The position numbers and the translations under genes are program-made. Positions 37,420-48,733 of a stretch of 64,000 bases of DNA are shown in pieces. Position 1 is the first letter of the stretch. Each line of letters starts with the position of its first letter. The DNA is taken from the NCBI GenBank assembly GCA_965112735.1, contig OZ218953.1, positions 2,852,001 to 2,916,000 of the forward strand, in the 5' to 3' direction. Under the pieces are notes generated by a model that saw nothing but the letters and a program-made list of their open reading frames with translations, ran no database searches and was not told the origin of the DNA. The DNA is from Phaeosaccion multiseriatum (taxonomy: Eukaryota; Protista; Ochrophyta, other classes).

Positions 37420-38457
37420 ACACTGTAACCAAGACAGTCGGTCGGCGCTGGAGGCGATGCAGTCGAATGCAGGAGGAGGAGGGAACAGGCGTTACCATTT
37501 TTTTTATTTTTTTTGAAACCCCCAACCTCGTACTCAGCCGACAGGGAAACATTCGGCCTTTTTTTTTTTTTTTTTTTTTTTTTTTCACTGCACACACACC
37601 TGGGCACCAGCAGAGAGAGAGGAAGGATAACAGCAGCAGGAGAGAGGAAGAAGAAAAAAGGTGGGTAAGAGAGAAAGGCGGCTTTCCGCTGAGTGAGTGT
37701 GCTGCAAGCAATCGAAAATCGGGGGAGACATCGTGGACACATGTAATGAGAAGAGCCGACCCCCCCCCTTTTCTAGGGCGAGGTGGGGGGAGCCGCCTGT
37801 GCTGAAAGTAAGAGCTGCCTCCTCACCCCTCCTCGTTCTACGATTCGTCCCCCTTGACCTTGTTGTTGGCTTGGCTGCCATGATCGCTAGCACTACTCCC
37901 CCGGCCGCATGTCCCCCGCTTTCTTCAAGGGGGAGCGAGGCCCGCCGCCCCACAGCGTTTTAGTTGTCCGCGGTCTCTGGCGTTGACCTGATCTAGCTAC
38001 CATCGTGACTCCCATGCTTGCTCACTTGCCCCTCCAGCGTTGGATCTGGCACCAGCCAGCATCGAAGCACGAACCCACCGAGAGCGAGGCAGCGGGGCCA
38101 GCCACGCAGCCAACACCAGACGCGGCTCAGGCCTGTTTTGCCAGGATGTCTCAGGTGCGTGATTTAGCACGGAGGAACCGAGGGGGAGGAGGTACATGCC
38201 TGGTGACTAGGTGGGGAGGGCGCGCATTCGGAGCGAGGGAGGCGCAGGGGGGCGCAATCCACCATGAATGGCAATCTCTGGATTTTGCTCACTACTCCTC
38301 CGGCCTTCTTCAGCTCCTGAAGATTCGTTTGCCTGGCGAGCCTACTACTGATCTTCTTGAATCCCTCTCCCTCCTTCCCCTGCTGTTCCTGACCTGCCCC
38401 GCCCACTCCCTTCGTTCTATCTACAACCACCTCTCCGACCCCTTGAACACTACATGC

Positions 38458-39313
38458 ATGAAGCCATCTTGGCGGGGGGGGCTGCTGCTGGCGCTGTTCT
38501 TGTTGGCGCTCATTGGAGATCAGTTTCTTCCGGTCCGAGGCCAAATAGGTTAGTAGCAGGTTTGCTGGGACAAGCAAGCTTCCTGCTCCTCAACTTGCCT
38601 ACCCCGGCCGCCCGCCTCACCCCCCTCCCCCGGCCTGCACCCTCATATGCTGTTGCCTGCGATTCGTTACGTGTCCGGCCTCAGCTCTCTCTCAGCCACC
38701 ACTGTTGGAAACTCCCCCCCGCACCCGCCACCACACACTCTCTTGCCCGGCCTGCTCGCGTCTCCCTCGTCCCTCCTTCCCCCTCCTTACCGCTTTGACT
38801 ATCTGCCCCTGCTGAATTTCGCATGTGCGCACCTCTGCTCGCGGGTTGATGAAACGCTCTTCCTCTGGCTGCACCTGCCCGGACCATCATGCGGGCTCTG
38901 CCCCTCTGTTGCCTGCTCGCTCGACCGGCCTGCTTGCACTGGACTTTTTGTTGGATGACATGCGGGTGTGTTTAGGTTACCCCTACGCATGCACCAACAG
39001 CTACATCCAGGAGGGAGATTCAGCCTCGGATACCCCCCCCCCCCCCCAGTGCCCCATCCCCGACAATGACTACTACCGCGAAGACTCACGATGGAACGGG
39101 ATGGAGGGGGGGCCGAGCTTTTCCGCCGCTCTCTTCGATGGCGGGGCGTTGACCTTCTGCCAGGTGCGGAGAGCGAGAGAGGCAGAGGGGAAGGGGAGTC
39201 ATGTTGGCTTTGGCCCTTTTCTAGCTACGGTCCAGGGTGCGGGTCGCAGCTTGGAGCGAACTCTGTCTGCCTGTGCCGTCTACATGCACATGCACCTGCA
39301 CCCATGTAAAGCG

Positions 39314-39345
<32 letters not shown>

Positions 39346-42300
39346 TCTCCTCCTCATTGGCTTGTTTTTTTTTCTCTTTTGTATGTATGTGTGTGTATAC
39401 TGCAGTACGGAAGGGCCGGAGACGTGCTGGAATTCAACCTAAAGGACGGCTCAGGTACTTGCGCAGCACTGAGTGCTACACAGGCCACTGTCCTCAATAA
39501 TGAAGAGGCTGTTCATCCTGCGATGGACTGCGCACCAGCTGGCGAGGCAGCATCCTGCATCCAGCCAGATCCAGCAAACGTAGGGAGCGAATGCGTCTGG
39601 ACCTACACCGTGCCTGACGTCGGTAAGAAGGACATGGCTCTCAGGTCGTGGTTCTAGTACGGTCGAGGCTCTGATCACTTTTACTGTATGGTGGCGCACG
39701 TAGCTTGAAATTGCCGTCACCACGTCAGCCACTCTTGCTGTGCGCCCCCCCTACAACTGGGATGCCTGGCTGGTGGTGTCTCCTCCGCGCACCGCCTCAA
39801 AGCACCTAATGACGCCAGAAATTCCGCCTACTGACGTCACGAGTTCCCCTCGCTCGTTGCATGTGTGATGGCTCAGGTTGCGGCACGGACGACGAAGTAG
39901 CACTTAGTACCTGCGAGCCTGGCTATGGGTTTGTAGCCCCGCCATCCACCGCCAGCCCAGTGCAGTGTACTGAATGCCCGGAAGGCATGTTCAGTACGGG
40001 AGGGACGGAAGGTGAGTGGGGCCTCCGAATTGGATTCCCTCGTTGGGTGGGAAGAGGGGAGCCAACTTAAAAGCTTACTTCGTCAATAGCAGCTGTAAAT
40101 AACGAGTGAGGGGTAAAGAGGAAGGGAGGTGGGACCGAAGAGAGGGGGTGGGCGAGGGAGGAAGGCAGGAAGAAAGGGTGGCTGGGAAGTAGGGCGGGAG
40201 GGAGGGGCAGTCTGGGGAGCAGGAAGGGAGGCAGGCAGGCAGGCAGGAAGGAAGGAAGGAAGGAAGGAAGGAAGGAAGGAAGGAAGGAAGAGATTGTGGC
40301 AGGGAGGGAAGCGTGGTTCAGGGTGCGATATCCGTCGATCTCCAACCAAGCCCTTGAAAGGTGTTGGGTACTCTCTCGTGGGAGGAGCGATGTAGGCAGG
40401 GGGTGTCGGGGTGCACAGAGCCTTTGTTATGTGGATGCGAGAAGCAACAAGAAAGGGGGCTGTGCAGCGCGGCCCCTTCCCTTCATTGTCCATCTGAAGC
40501 AGACCTTGCTTGGCATGGCCTCTTGCTTCGAGACAGCCAATGGTGTGGTATAACAGTGCGCACACTGCCGGATGCTGTATTGAATTGCCCTTGCTTCTCC
40601 TGCCTGGTTGGCTGGGCGATCTTCATCCTTCTCCCTCTTGCCTCGTTCACCCTTTTCTCCCTTGCTTCGTCACCCCACAGCCTGCCTGGCCTGCCCCCCC
40701 CTCCAAGCGAGTAGCCAGCAGTTTGATGTAGAGTGCATAGCCTGCAACCCCACGGACGGCAAGTGCTCTGAATGTTCGACGGGATATTTCCAAGAATCTG
40801 ATGGATCAGGTGAGCGTTCCTTTTCGTACCTGCTGGTGAGCCCTGCCTACTTCGGGCAAGCAGGCAAGGCAGGCAAGCAGGCACTCGTTTGACTTGCGTG
40901 AGCTCTCTGCCGCTCCAGACACGGCCCCGGTGATGGTTGGCTGTGGTTCAGGAGCTCAACCTCCTCTCTCCTCCTTGTTGCTTTGTCTACCTCTGCGATT
41001 CTCCTCCTCCCTCTCTGACGCACATTCGTGCATCCTGACCCTGCCATCATCAGCATGCCGAGCCTGTACCGAGCTTCAGTCCCAGGACGAGGACCGTTCA
41101 TGTGAGTGAGAGTGGGTACCTCTGGGTAGGGTAGGAGTGTCTGCACTGATGTGACTTACTTACTTGTGGGTGGTCATTGCCTTGCGTAGCAGTGCCGGTG
41201 TGGAAGTGACTCATGGGGTGGCAGACATCTCAGGCTGTGAATGCGCTGGCCTTTGGGACTTTGATCACTCTGGCACATTGACTTCCCTGAGTGATGGACA
41301 CTTAAAATTCGCTGGGCTCCTTGTGCTGGCGCGCCCTCTGTATACTGGCTTATTCGCCCCCCTGCCCTGCCGCAGCAGCTGACCGACCCCACCGCTTGTG
41401 CCTCCCCCCCCCCCTCTGCCCATCTTGTTGTACTTGTGCTGTTTTGGTAGGCTTTAGTGGGGGCATGGGTGACCCGATGATTATTGGATTTGGGTCCGAA
41501 ACCTACCTCTTTACCGGCCAGCACAACAAGTGGTACGCCGCCTTGGGTGAGGAGCATCTCCAGTCCAATTGGCGCCTGTCCGTATTCCCAACTTGCGAAG
41601 ACGGTGCCCAGCCGGTGAGGAGCTAGAAAGATGAGAGAGATGTGGGGATGGATGGCCAGGAGAAGAGAGAAGAGTCGTCTGGAGCGAACTTGCCCGCTGG
41701 GCTGGTGGTGATGGTGGAGGAGATAGGCCGTTTCGCCGGTCTTTGTCTTTGAAGCTTCGATTGTGTCTTGTGTCGTTTATTTTTAGTCTTGATTCACGAT
41801 GCATTTCCTCTCCCATGTCTTCCCCTGGACGAGCTTGTTGGCTCACTCATGAGCTCTCTCTCTTCGTGTGTGTGTGTACTCCCCCCTGGCTAGAAGCTGT
41901 GCGCCCCTAATATCTTGACTGACCTTACCACACCACACACACACGCACACACACACATATACACACACATACACACACGCCACACGCGCACACACACACG
42001 CACCCAGACATACATAACGGGGGCGTCCTTCACATTTATCCCCCCCAAGGAGGAGGAGGAGGCCGCAGCAAGGGACTCGTCCTCGAACAGCAAGACCGCT
42101 TTGAGAAAGGGTGGGGCCGGCGGGGCAGGCAGACAGGGCAGCAATAGCAAGAGCACCATCAACAAGCCGAAGAAGGTGTCGAAGGTGCTGGTAGAGGTGA
42201 TCGATGACAGCAAATACAACCCGGAGTACATTAAGGGCGAGGAGTTGGAGCTTCGTGCAGAGCAAATCCTGGGCTATGGCTCCCTCAGGGTCGGCATCGA

Positions 42301-42928
42301 AGGGAAGGGGTACGTCACACCAGGGCTCTATCGCATGGCCAATGGCGGTACAGTCATGGCGTTTAACGCGTACGGGCCGTGCCAGGCGAAGCGGGACATA
42401 CACATGATGGAGGTGCTTAACCATGAGGCGAAGCTCAAGGAAGCCTCTTTCCGTCGCCGCCTCTCGGAGATGGCAGAAAAGGACGACGAGCTTGTGGCTC
42501 TGCTGGCCGTGGAGTCACAACTGGGCAGGGCGGAGGACAGAGCTCTCTGTGAGGAGTGGATCGCGGACAAGAGGGTCACGAGAAATCTCTTCACCGAGCC
42601 GGGCTCGTGGGCCACCGTCTTTATCTTCACAGACACGTACTCCTTTGAAGTGGACTATCGACAAGAGACTGAGCGCTGCTTCGCCCATGTGCTCGACGTG
42701 GGATTCATGCACAAGCCGAACGATATTGGCGTGGAGCGTTGGAGCGGCATCATCGGAGAGACACAGGTGCCAAGGCTCGACGGCGAGGGCAAGCACGTCT
42801 TGAAAGATAGAGCTCTCATTCTGTCCTCCCCCAAGGACGAGGACTACGTCGTGGACGGGCCCTGGGGAACGGACTTCGTCGCAAGGCTGGACAGCGCATG
42901 GGAAGGGCCGAAGTCGCCGTCCAAATGA
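38458..42928 (+). CDS. Secreted Cys-rich protein with a C-terminal GDP(H)-type vWD/ITI-like domain; exons 38458-38548, 38976-39163, 39406-39622, 39877-40011, 40681-40809, 41054-41101, 41451-41614, 42008-42928
   Basis: Signal peptide MKPSWRGGLLLALFLLALIG; CxxC/TNFR- or furin-like repeats (CEPGYG, CTECPEGMFS, CSECSTGYF); then GDPMIIGFGSETYLFTGQHNKWY...TYITG...SGIIGET...EDYVVDG. All junctions are phase-consistent. Confidence 0.8.
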
Positions 42929-43207
42929 GAGCCGCCCTCCCTTCATTAGCTAGTAGTAACTGCTTATGTAAAAGAGTCCTGTTGCTCTCCACATAGGATA
43001 GGACTAGATGCATGGACAAGGTAATAGTACTTACTGGGGGGGGCTTAAGCTGGCCTAGCTAACTCCAGCTAACTCACTATCAAACTCAAGCTAACTCAAG
43101 ATAACTCAGCCTTGCCACCTTCAGATGAGGCCGTGGCAAAGCAAAGCGCAGGCTATCTCAGTTTTGACGCCAGAAGTGACGCCGACTAACTCAGATTTGT
43201 GATTTGC

Positions 43208-44380
43208 TTATCCATCTATTTCAATGCACTCTGTTTCGTCAAACAGGTTGCAGCATAGTTCGTATCTTTGGTAGTACTGACCATTGAAGCTGGTTATGTC
43301 CGTGGGGTCCGTGAGAAAAGGCACCCGAAGCAGCTCATCTTCAGTGCTGTAAGCCCAACTTCCAAGTGTAGTCCCGGAAGCGACTTTTGTTCCTTCAAGC
43401 TCGCACTCATCGGTCTTGTCGTACTTGTACTCGACATGAAGGAAACCCACAAAATTCTCGTAGATCTCATCCGTGCAGACAGTGGGATTACCGTACGTAG
43501 GGAATAGTTCGGTCAAGGGAATTTGTATGGTGGGGTTACTGCCGTCGAAGAAAGCAGGGGACCCTAGAAACAGTCCTGCTAAAGGGGTGTCCGTTTGAAC
43601 AGGAAAGTATTTCTCCGTGAATTTCTCCGGATCGGGCTCTCCATTTGTTTGCTTTACGAGGTTTTCGGATAACCCAACCCACAGGCTCAAGCTGAGAAAC
43701 TCGAAACACTCCGGGTAGAATTGGGTCATAGTGAGTCGAAGGGTATCCAGGGCGGGGGCCGTACCCACGTCGAAAGCAACGTTGAAGTTCACAATGTCAA
43801 ACAATTCTCCAACAAAGAAATTGGTGGGCGTAGCCGCAGCAAATTGAACTTGTAGGTCGAAGCCTCCGATCAAGTCTTCGGGGCAAAAAGCCGAAGTCCC
43901 CGTACACATCTCAACCACATCAGCACGACAGCAACTCTCCCTGCATACCTTCGTGCTCGGTTCAAAGATATCGGGGCAGTCAGGTGAAATCCCATCGCAG
44001 TAATCGGCAACATCGCAAGAGGCAGATGCAACTGCGGTGCGGCATAAAACACCACTCCCCTTTAACGAGCAGTCCTCATTACAGCACTCGTGAATTCCTG
44101 GTTCACAGTCTTCTCCTGACTCGACTCGACCATTGCCACAGACCGGAGGCTCTGGCGCTCTGCAGTCAGGGAAATCGTCCCCCTGAGCCCCGACGGTGAA
44201 GCACACCTGCATGAGGCATCCAGGGTCGTCTCCAGAATTGGCAGAGTTGCACTCGCCGGCTGGGACAATGCTGGTGTCGATTTTGACGCAGCCCGCTTGC
44301 TCATCGCAGCTTTCACGGAAGTCGTCTTCTTGTCCCCATACAAGGCCCGCGAGGAGCAGCAGACAAGCTGTGGTTCGCAT
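43208..44380 (-). CDS. Intronless secreted protein with a disintegrin-like Cys-rich domain and no metalloprotease domain
   Basis: 390-aa single ORF with signal peptide MRTTACLLLLAGLVWG; contains PVCGNGRVESGEDCE...CC...C....G.LCR...CDVADYCDGISPDCP and a second repeat CRES...DVVEMCTGTSAFCPED. Confidence 0.85.
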   Translation of the reverse strand: MRTTACLLLLAGLVWGQEDDFRESCDEQAGCVKIDTSIVPAGECNSANSGDDPGCLMQVCFTVGAQGDDFPDCRAPEPPVCGNGRVESGEDCEPGIHECCNEDCSLKGSGVLCRTAVASASCDVADYCDGISPDCPDIFEPSTKVCRESCCRADVVEMCTGTSAFCPEDLIGGFDLQVQFAAATPTNFFVGELFDIVNFNVAFDVGTAPALDTLRLTMTQFYPECFEFLSLSLWVGLSENLVKQTNGEPDPEKFTEKYFPVQTDTPLAGLFLGSPAFFDGSNPTIQIPLTELFPTYGNPTVCTDEIYENFVGFLHVEYKYDKTDECELEGTKVASGTTLGSWAYSTEDELLRVPFLTDPTDITSFNGQYYQRYELCCNLFDETECIEIDG

Positions 44381-45577
44381 CTCGAAGAGTTGTAGCTACA
44401 GCCACCACTGCGCGTGCGTATGGTGGTGCCAGGCAGGCGCCGCAGAACAGGCAGGGAACGAACAGGAGTGATTAGTCTAGTACTGCTCTGCCTGGTGCAC
44501 CTACTTCCCTGTACCCCAATCTCGCGTCATTCGCTCTTCGGGCGGACTCGGAGGGGCGGGGTCCCCATGGCATAGCAGCTAAGCGAGAAACATCCCTGTC
44601 TCTAGCTAGACTTGCTCCCTCTCGGCTGGCACCGCTTCTTCCCACCATCTTCTTTCCTACGTCACCCTCCTGGCTCTCCATCAACACGCACCTTGCCCCC
44701 TCCTCTCTCCCACCAGCCTGTGTGTCGCTGCTCGCTCCTCCTTCCCCCCCCCCCCCTCCTTAACGCCTCAGACACGCAGCCGGTCTCTCCAGGAGCACCC
44801 TTCTCCTCCTCCTCGAGACGTCTGGCGCCTGCCAGCGCTCTCCGCCACTCCTTCCTCTCCGTCTCTCTCTTAGGCCTACCTTTGCGGATCTGGTTGGCCT
44901 GCGTGTCTTCAACTCCCTCCCTCTAGATACATTGTATGCACCCCATCCGTTAACGTCACGTCCACCAAGAGTCCCTGGCCAGACAGACAGACGGAGACAG
45001 GAAAGAAATAGGGTGGTAGCGGTGCCCTCTGCTATAAAAAATTTGGTAGTAAAACGGGGGATATTGCTTAGGGTTGGGCCCTAACCGTCCTTTTCCTCTT
45101 TTTCTTTTCTTTTTTTCTTATCATAATACTGTAGCTACAAGCCTGGTCTACAGGCAACTTGCTGCTTCACCCCGGGCCATATCCTTGCTTTTCTTCTCAG
45201 CTTCACCGGCTGAGGAGGTATATTTACGCTGTCGGCAGGACGGGGTAGAGATTAGAGGAAAAAGAGGAGAGAGGGGGAAGGCGGCAATCGGATACCGCAA
45301 GAAAGCTGCAATAAGCGGCAGCAATAGCGGCAAGAAGGCGCGTCTTTGTGAGGAGTCGATCGGATACCACGCCATAGGGAGCTCCCTGCAAGAAGAGGTG
45401 AAGGTGGGGCCCGACAGAGGTCGCTTACTTTGTTCAGCGGCTTGATCACTTAACCTCTATTCCGAGGACGACAGCGAGACGTTTGGAGAAGACAGTATAG
45501 TACGGACCCGTCACTGCTGCTACTTATTCTTGCTCGCCTCGGCTTATTTGGTGCGCTCCCGTTCTGTCTCTTTAGTG

Positions 45578-46384
45578 ATGAACATGCTGGACTGCTGGTC
45601 GAGGAGCAGGAACCGAGGAGGGGGGAGGGAGAGGGAATACGGCGGCGTGGTGGAGGAAAGCATGCTGGATGCCCTGTCCCGGCGCATTCTCAAGATGTGT
45701 CGGCGTTTCTCGGAGAAGTGCGGGTTCCACGGGCCGGCCATGGAGGCCATCTTTAGCGGGTACATTTCAATCTTCGTGGGCGTGCTGGACACTGGCATCT
45801 CGCTCTCGACAGGCAAGTCGCCAGCCAACACAGCGTCCCTACGTCCCGTGTGTGCGCTTCTTCTCGGCTTTAACCCTTCTCGTCCCGTCCTTCGAGTGTT
45901 TAGAATGCACGCCTCCCACGAAGTTGGCCGTATTTCGTTGTTGCCCTCTTGTGGTTGATTATCTGTGGTTGGACGGCGTCCAAGAAGGGTGTGGGGGGGG
46001 GGGGGCTTCCTGTGCCCCCCACGTAATCCATTCCATTCCAAATCTAACTATGAGTACTATTCTATCCCCGTCACTTCTATGATCAATGCAGGAGAAGAGG
46101 AAGGCAGCAAGTCCCTCCTGAGCATCACCATCATGTCATTGGCGGAGCTCACGGGCAGCGCCCTCGTGCTGTACCGCTGGAAGTTCATGGACTCGGCCAG
46201 CAACACGAGCAGTAGCGAGGGCAGTAGTGGCACTCTGATAGGTGGCGATGATGAAAGTAGGGACAGCAGTAGCGGCAGCATGACCCATCGGTAGACAGAC
46301 ACTGTTATGCTCACTCTTCTGTGTACTTCGGCACTACCGCACCCTGGAGGGGTGGAGAGCCCTCTTGGTGACAAGGGACCAGAC

Positions 46385-46417
<33 letters not shown>

Positions 46418-47264
46418 TCAAGTGTGGGAGGAGGGCTGGCGGTGGCCACCCTCGGCGCATTCGCATCCTTCTTCTTGTACTTTTGGAAGAACGGCGTGGG
46501 CGAGCGTCTTCAGAGCATGGTGGTGATAATGGACGCCAAGTGCAGCCGCTGCGTGGGCCTCATTAGCGTCGTTGTCATCATGGCGCTGCTGTTCGAAGAG
46601 GTGGGGAAGGCGGGGGAAGGTTGGCAACACCAGGATCGCTTTCAGCCCTTCCTGCCATTCGTTTTTCAGCATGCTCGCTCACGATGGATGCATTCCCACT
46701 TGGCCTCTCCCTACACACCCCGCTGCGCCCCCTCCCTCCCTCTTCCTCCCACCTGTCCCTCCTGGCGTGTGCACATGTGCCCCTTCCTCCTGGATGTTGG
46801 ACACTGGACAGATTCTGTGGTGGGCAGATGGAGTCGTAGGGGTAGGGCTTTCCATCTTCATTCTGTGGGAAGCTTTCACGAGTCTACGTGCGGTGAGTTT
46901 GCACACGCAGGCGTAAGGGGTGGACAAGAAGGAAGTAGCCTGTTATTTTGTCTTCTCTGTTCCGAGCTGAGTCGAGCGACGCTTCGGCACTCGAATTTCG
47001 CCTCACTGCACACTTTTGCACCCCGAGGAGTCCTTCATTGTCCTCTCGCTAGGACGCTTCCACTTTCGCTGCTGCGACTGACTGCTCCTCCCACCTCACA
47101 CTCTTCTCGCCGGGTGTATCGACATCCGCACGACAGACGACTTGCCATGCTTGGGAGTGCAAGTCCTCTGCTCTCCCTCCCCCTCTCCACCTGTTCTCGC
47201 CTCATTTCTCTCCCCTCCTCCACCCCCTCTCCTCACTTCTTGTCCGCCTGTCTACCCACCGCCC

Positions 47265-47304
<40 letters not shown>

Positions 47305-47555
47305 TTGTGGCGACACATCAGGCCCAATTGGAGTGGGATGTTAAGCCCACCAACGATGAGGGGCTCAGGCTGGTGCCCTTCCTCAATGAGAAGCTACTGG
47401 CCGCGGAGGACAAGAGACGGAGGCCGGCGCCGGGAATGGGCAGCCACCCCAGTCTCAAACAAGAGGGAGAAGGAGCTCGCACCAGAGGGTTCGCGCGCAG
47501 AAGCTCCGACTCCCCAGCGGGACCGCACCCCTTCAACGAAGAGGAGACAATATGA
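45578..47555 (+). CDS. TMEM163-like cation-efflux (CDF-related) membrane protein; middle exon structure unresolved
   Basis: ELTGSALVLYRW, FWKNGVGERLQSMVVIMDAKCS and WWADGVVGVGLSIFILWEA parallel TMEM163 motifs (DVLSSAIVLWRY; K..LG..L.S....TD; WYLDG.IG..IG). Exons 45578-45812 (GC donor), 46092-~46290, ~46423-46600, 46812-46892 and 47322-47555. Confidence 0.65.
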
Positions 47556-47787
47556 AGAAGGGGGGGGGTTAGGGCGGCGTCACTGTTCCCTGAGCGCCGG
47601 GCGGTCTGGGCTTCGTCGTGTACTATAAACTATAAAAGGCGGTCCGCTTAGGTGTGGACTGCTCTTGAGAAGAGCAGGCGTGCAATGGTAGCAGGGAGAG
47701 CAAGCAGAGGAAACGAGGGGATACTTTGGAAACCTTTGGAAACCTCCTGCCTACAGTAATGAACAGAAGGCCCTCAACCGGAGTGAA

Positions 47788-48435
47788 TCAAAGGGTAGTG
47801 ACGGTCATGACCTCGTTTGTGAGCAGGGGCTTCATCATCGACACGGTACCAAGCTCCGCAGCAGCATAGTGTACAAGCAACCCCGGATCCTCCGGCCAAG
47901 TACAGCCTTCCTCCTTCAACCCCTCGATGATGTCGAGCCTAACGCCAGCCGTAGAGGCCACCGCCCTAGGGCACCTGTCTGCCCCCCATTTTGTAGAGAT
48001 CACGCGCTTTGGCAATCAGCAAGGTGCGCGGCGTGGGCCGCAGTATATTGTGGTGGAGCTGGGAAGGGCTCAATTACGTAGCTTTTTTACGTAACTACTT
48101 AGTATTATGTTATGCCATTGCAATTACGTAACTGTTGTGTAGGCGGTGTACACATCGCCGCCTAAGTACACAATAGTTACGTAATTGAGCCCTTCCCAGC
48201 TCCGCCAAAATGTTCTCTAGCGGGCCGCTGCTGACACAGGAGCTCCCATCGTCCAGCGCCTTCGCAGTCATAAAGAGCGATCGCTTGCAAAGCTCCTTCC
48301 AACGGGGGCGTGCTGCTCCTGACGCTCCCACCACTGCCCTAAGGCAGCTGCCACGGCGAACAAACCCGTGGTGGATGGATGCTGCGCGAGCTCAGCTCTC
48401 AAGTCGACGCTCTTCTCCGTCTACTTGCGGGGCAT
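47788..48435 (-). pseudogene. Degenerate ankyrin-like repeat gene remnant interrupted by a MITE
   Basis: Fragment ASTAGVRLDIIEGLKEEGCTWPED...YAAAELGTVSMMKPL resembles 'AA..G.L..L..L...GCPW' ankyrin-like repeats. Stops, frameshifts and an inserted inverted-repeat element break the frame. Confidence 0.45.
48042..48219. mobile_element. MITE-like element, ~180 bp, ~40-bp TIRs, possible 9-bp TSD
   Basis: GGTGGAGCTGGGAAGGGCTCAATTACGTAGCT pairs with AGTTACGTAATTGAGCCCTTCCCAGCTCCGCC, around an AT-rich core. Flanks are GTGGGCCGC (48033-48041) and GCGGGCCGC (48220-48228). Confidence 0.78.
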
Positions 48436-48733
48436 AGGGGCATTGTGCTACGCCGACTTCACTGAGTCAGCGCCCTCTGCCGGATTCCGCGACTTAAGGC
48501 AGCAGCGGTCCTTCGGCTGAGGTTGCACGCACATCGCTAGAGCACCAATTGGTGCCGCCGTCGCCAGACCAAAGAAAGCATCTGACGAACAGATGCTCTC
48601 GAGCCTCCTGTCGCAGCTGCTGTGGGGGGGCATGGTCGTGGTCCTTGTTAAGCGATGCCCACGCAACGAGTGGCTGGCGTAGCACGTGCTTCGAAGTACA
48701 TGTCTTTCCCCCCTACCTCTGCTATCGTTTCCG

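Noticed and set aside
45066-45086. TTAGGG-TTGGG-CCCTAA telo-box-like palindrome
   Set aside because: A single short occurrence that cannot be distinguished from chance.
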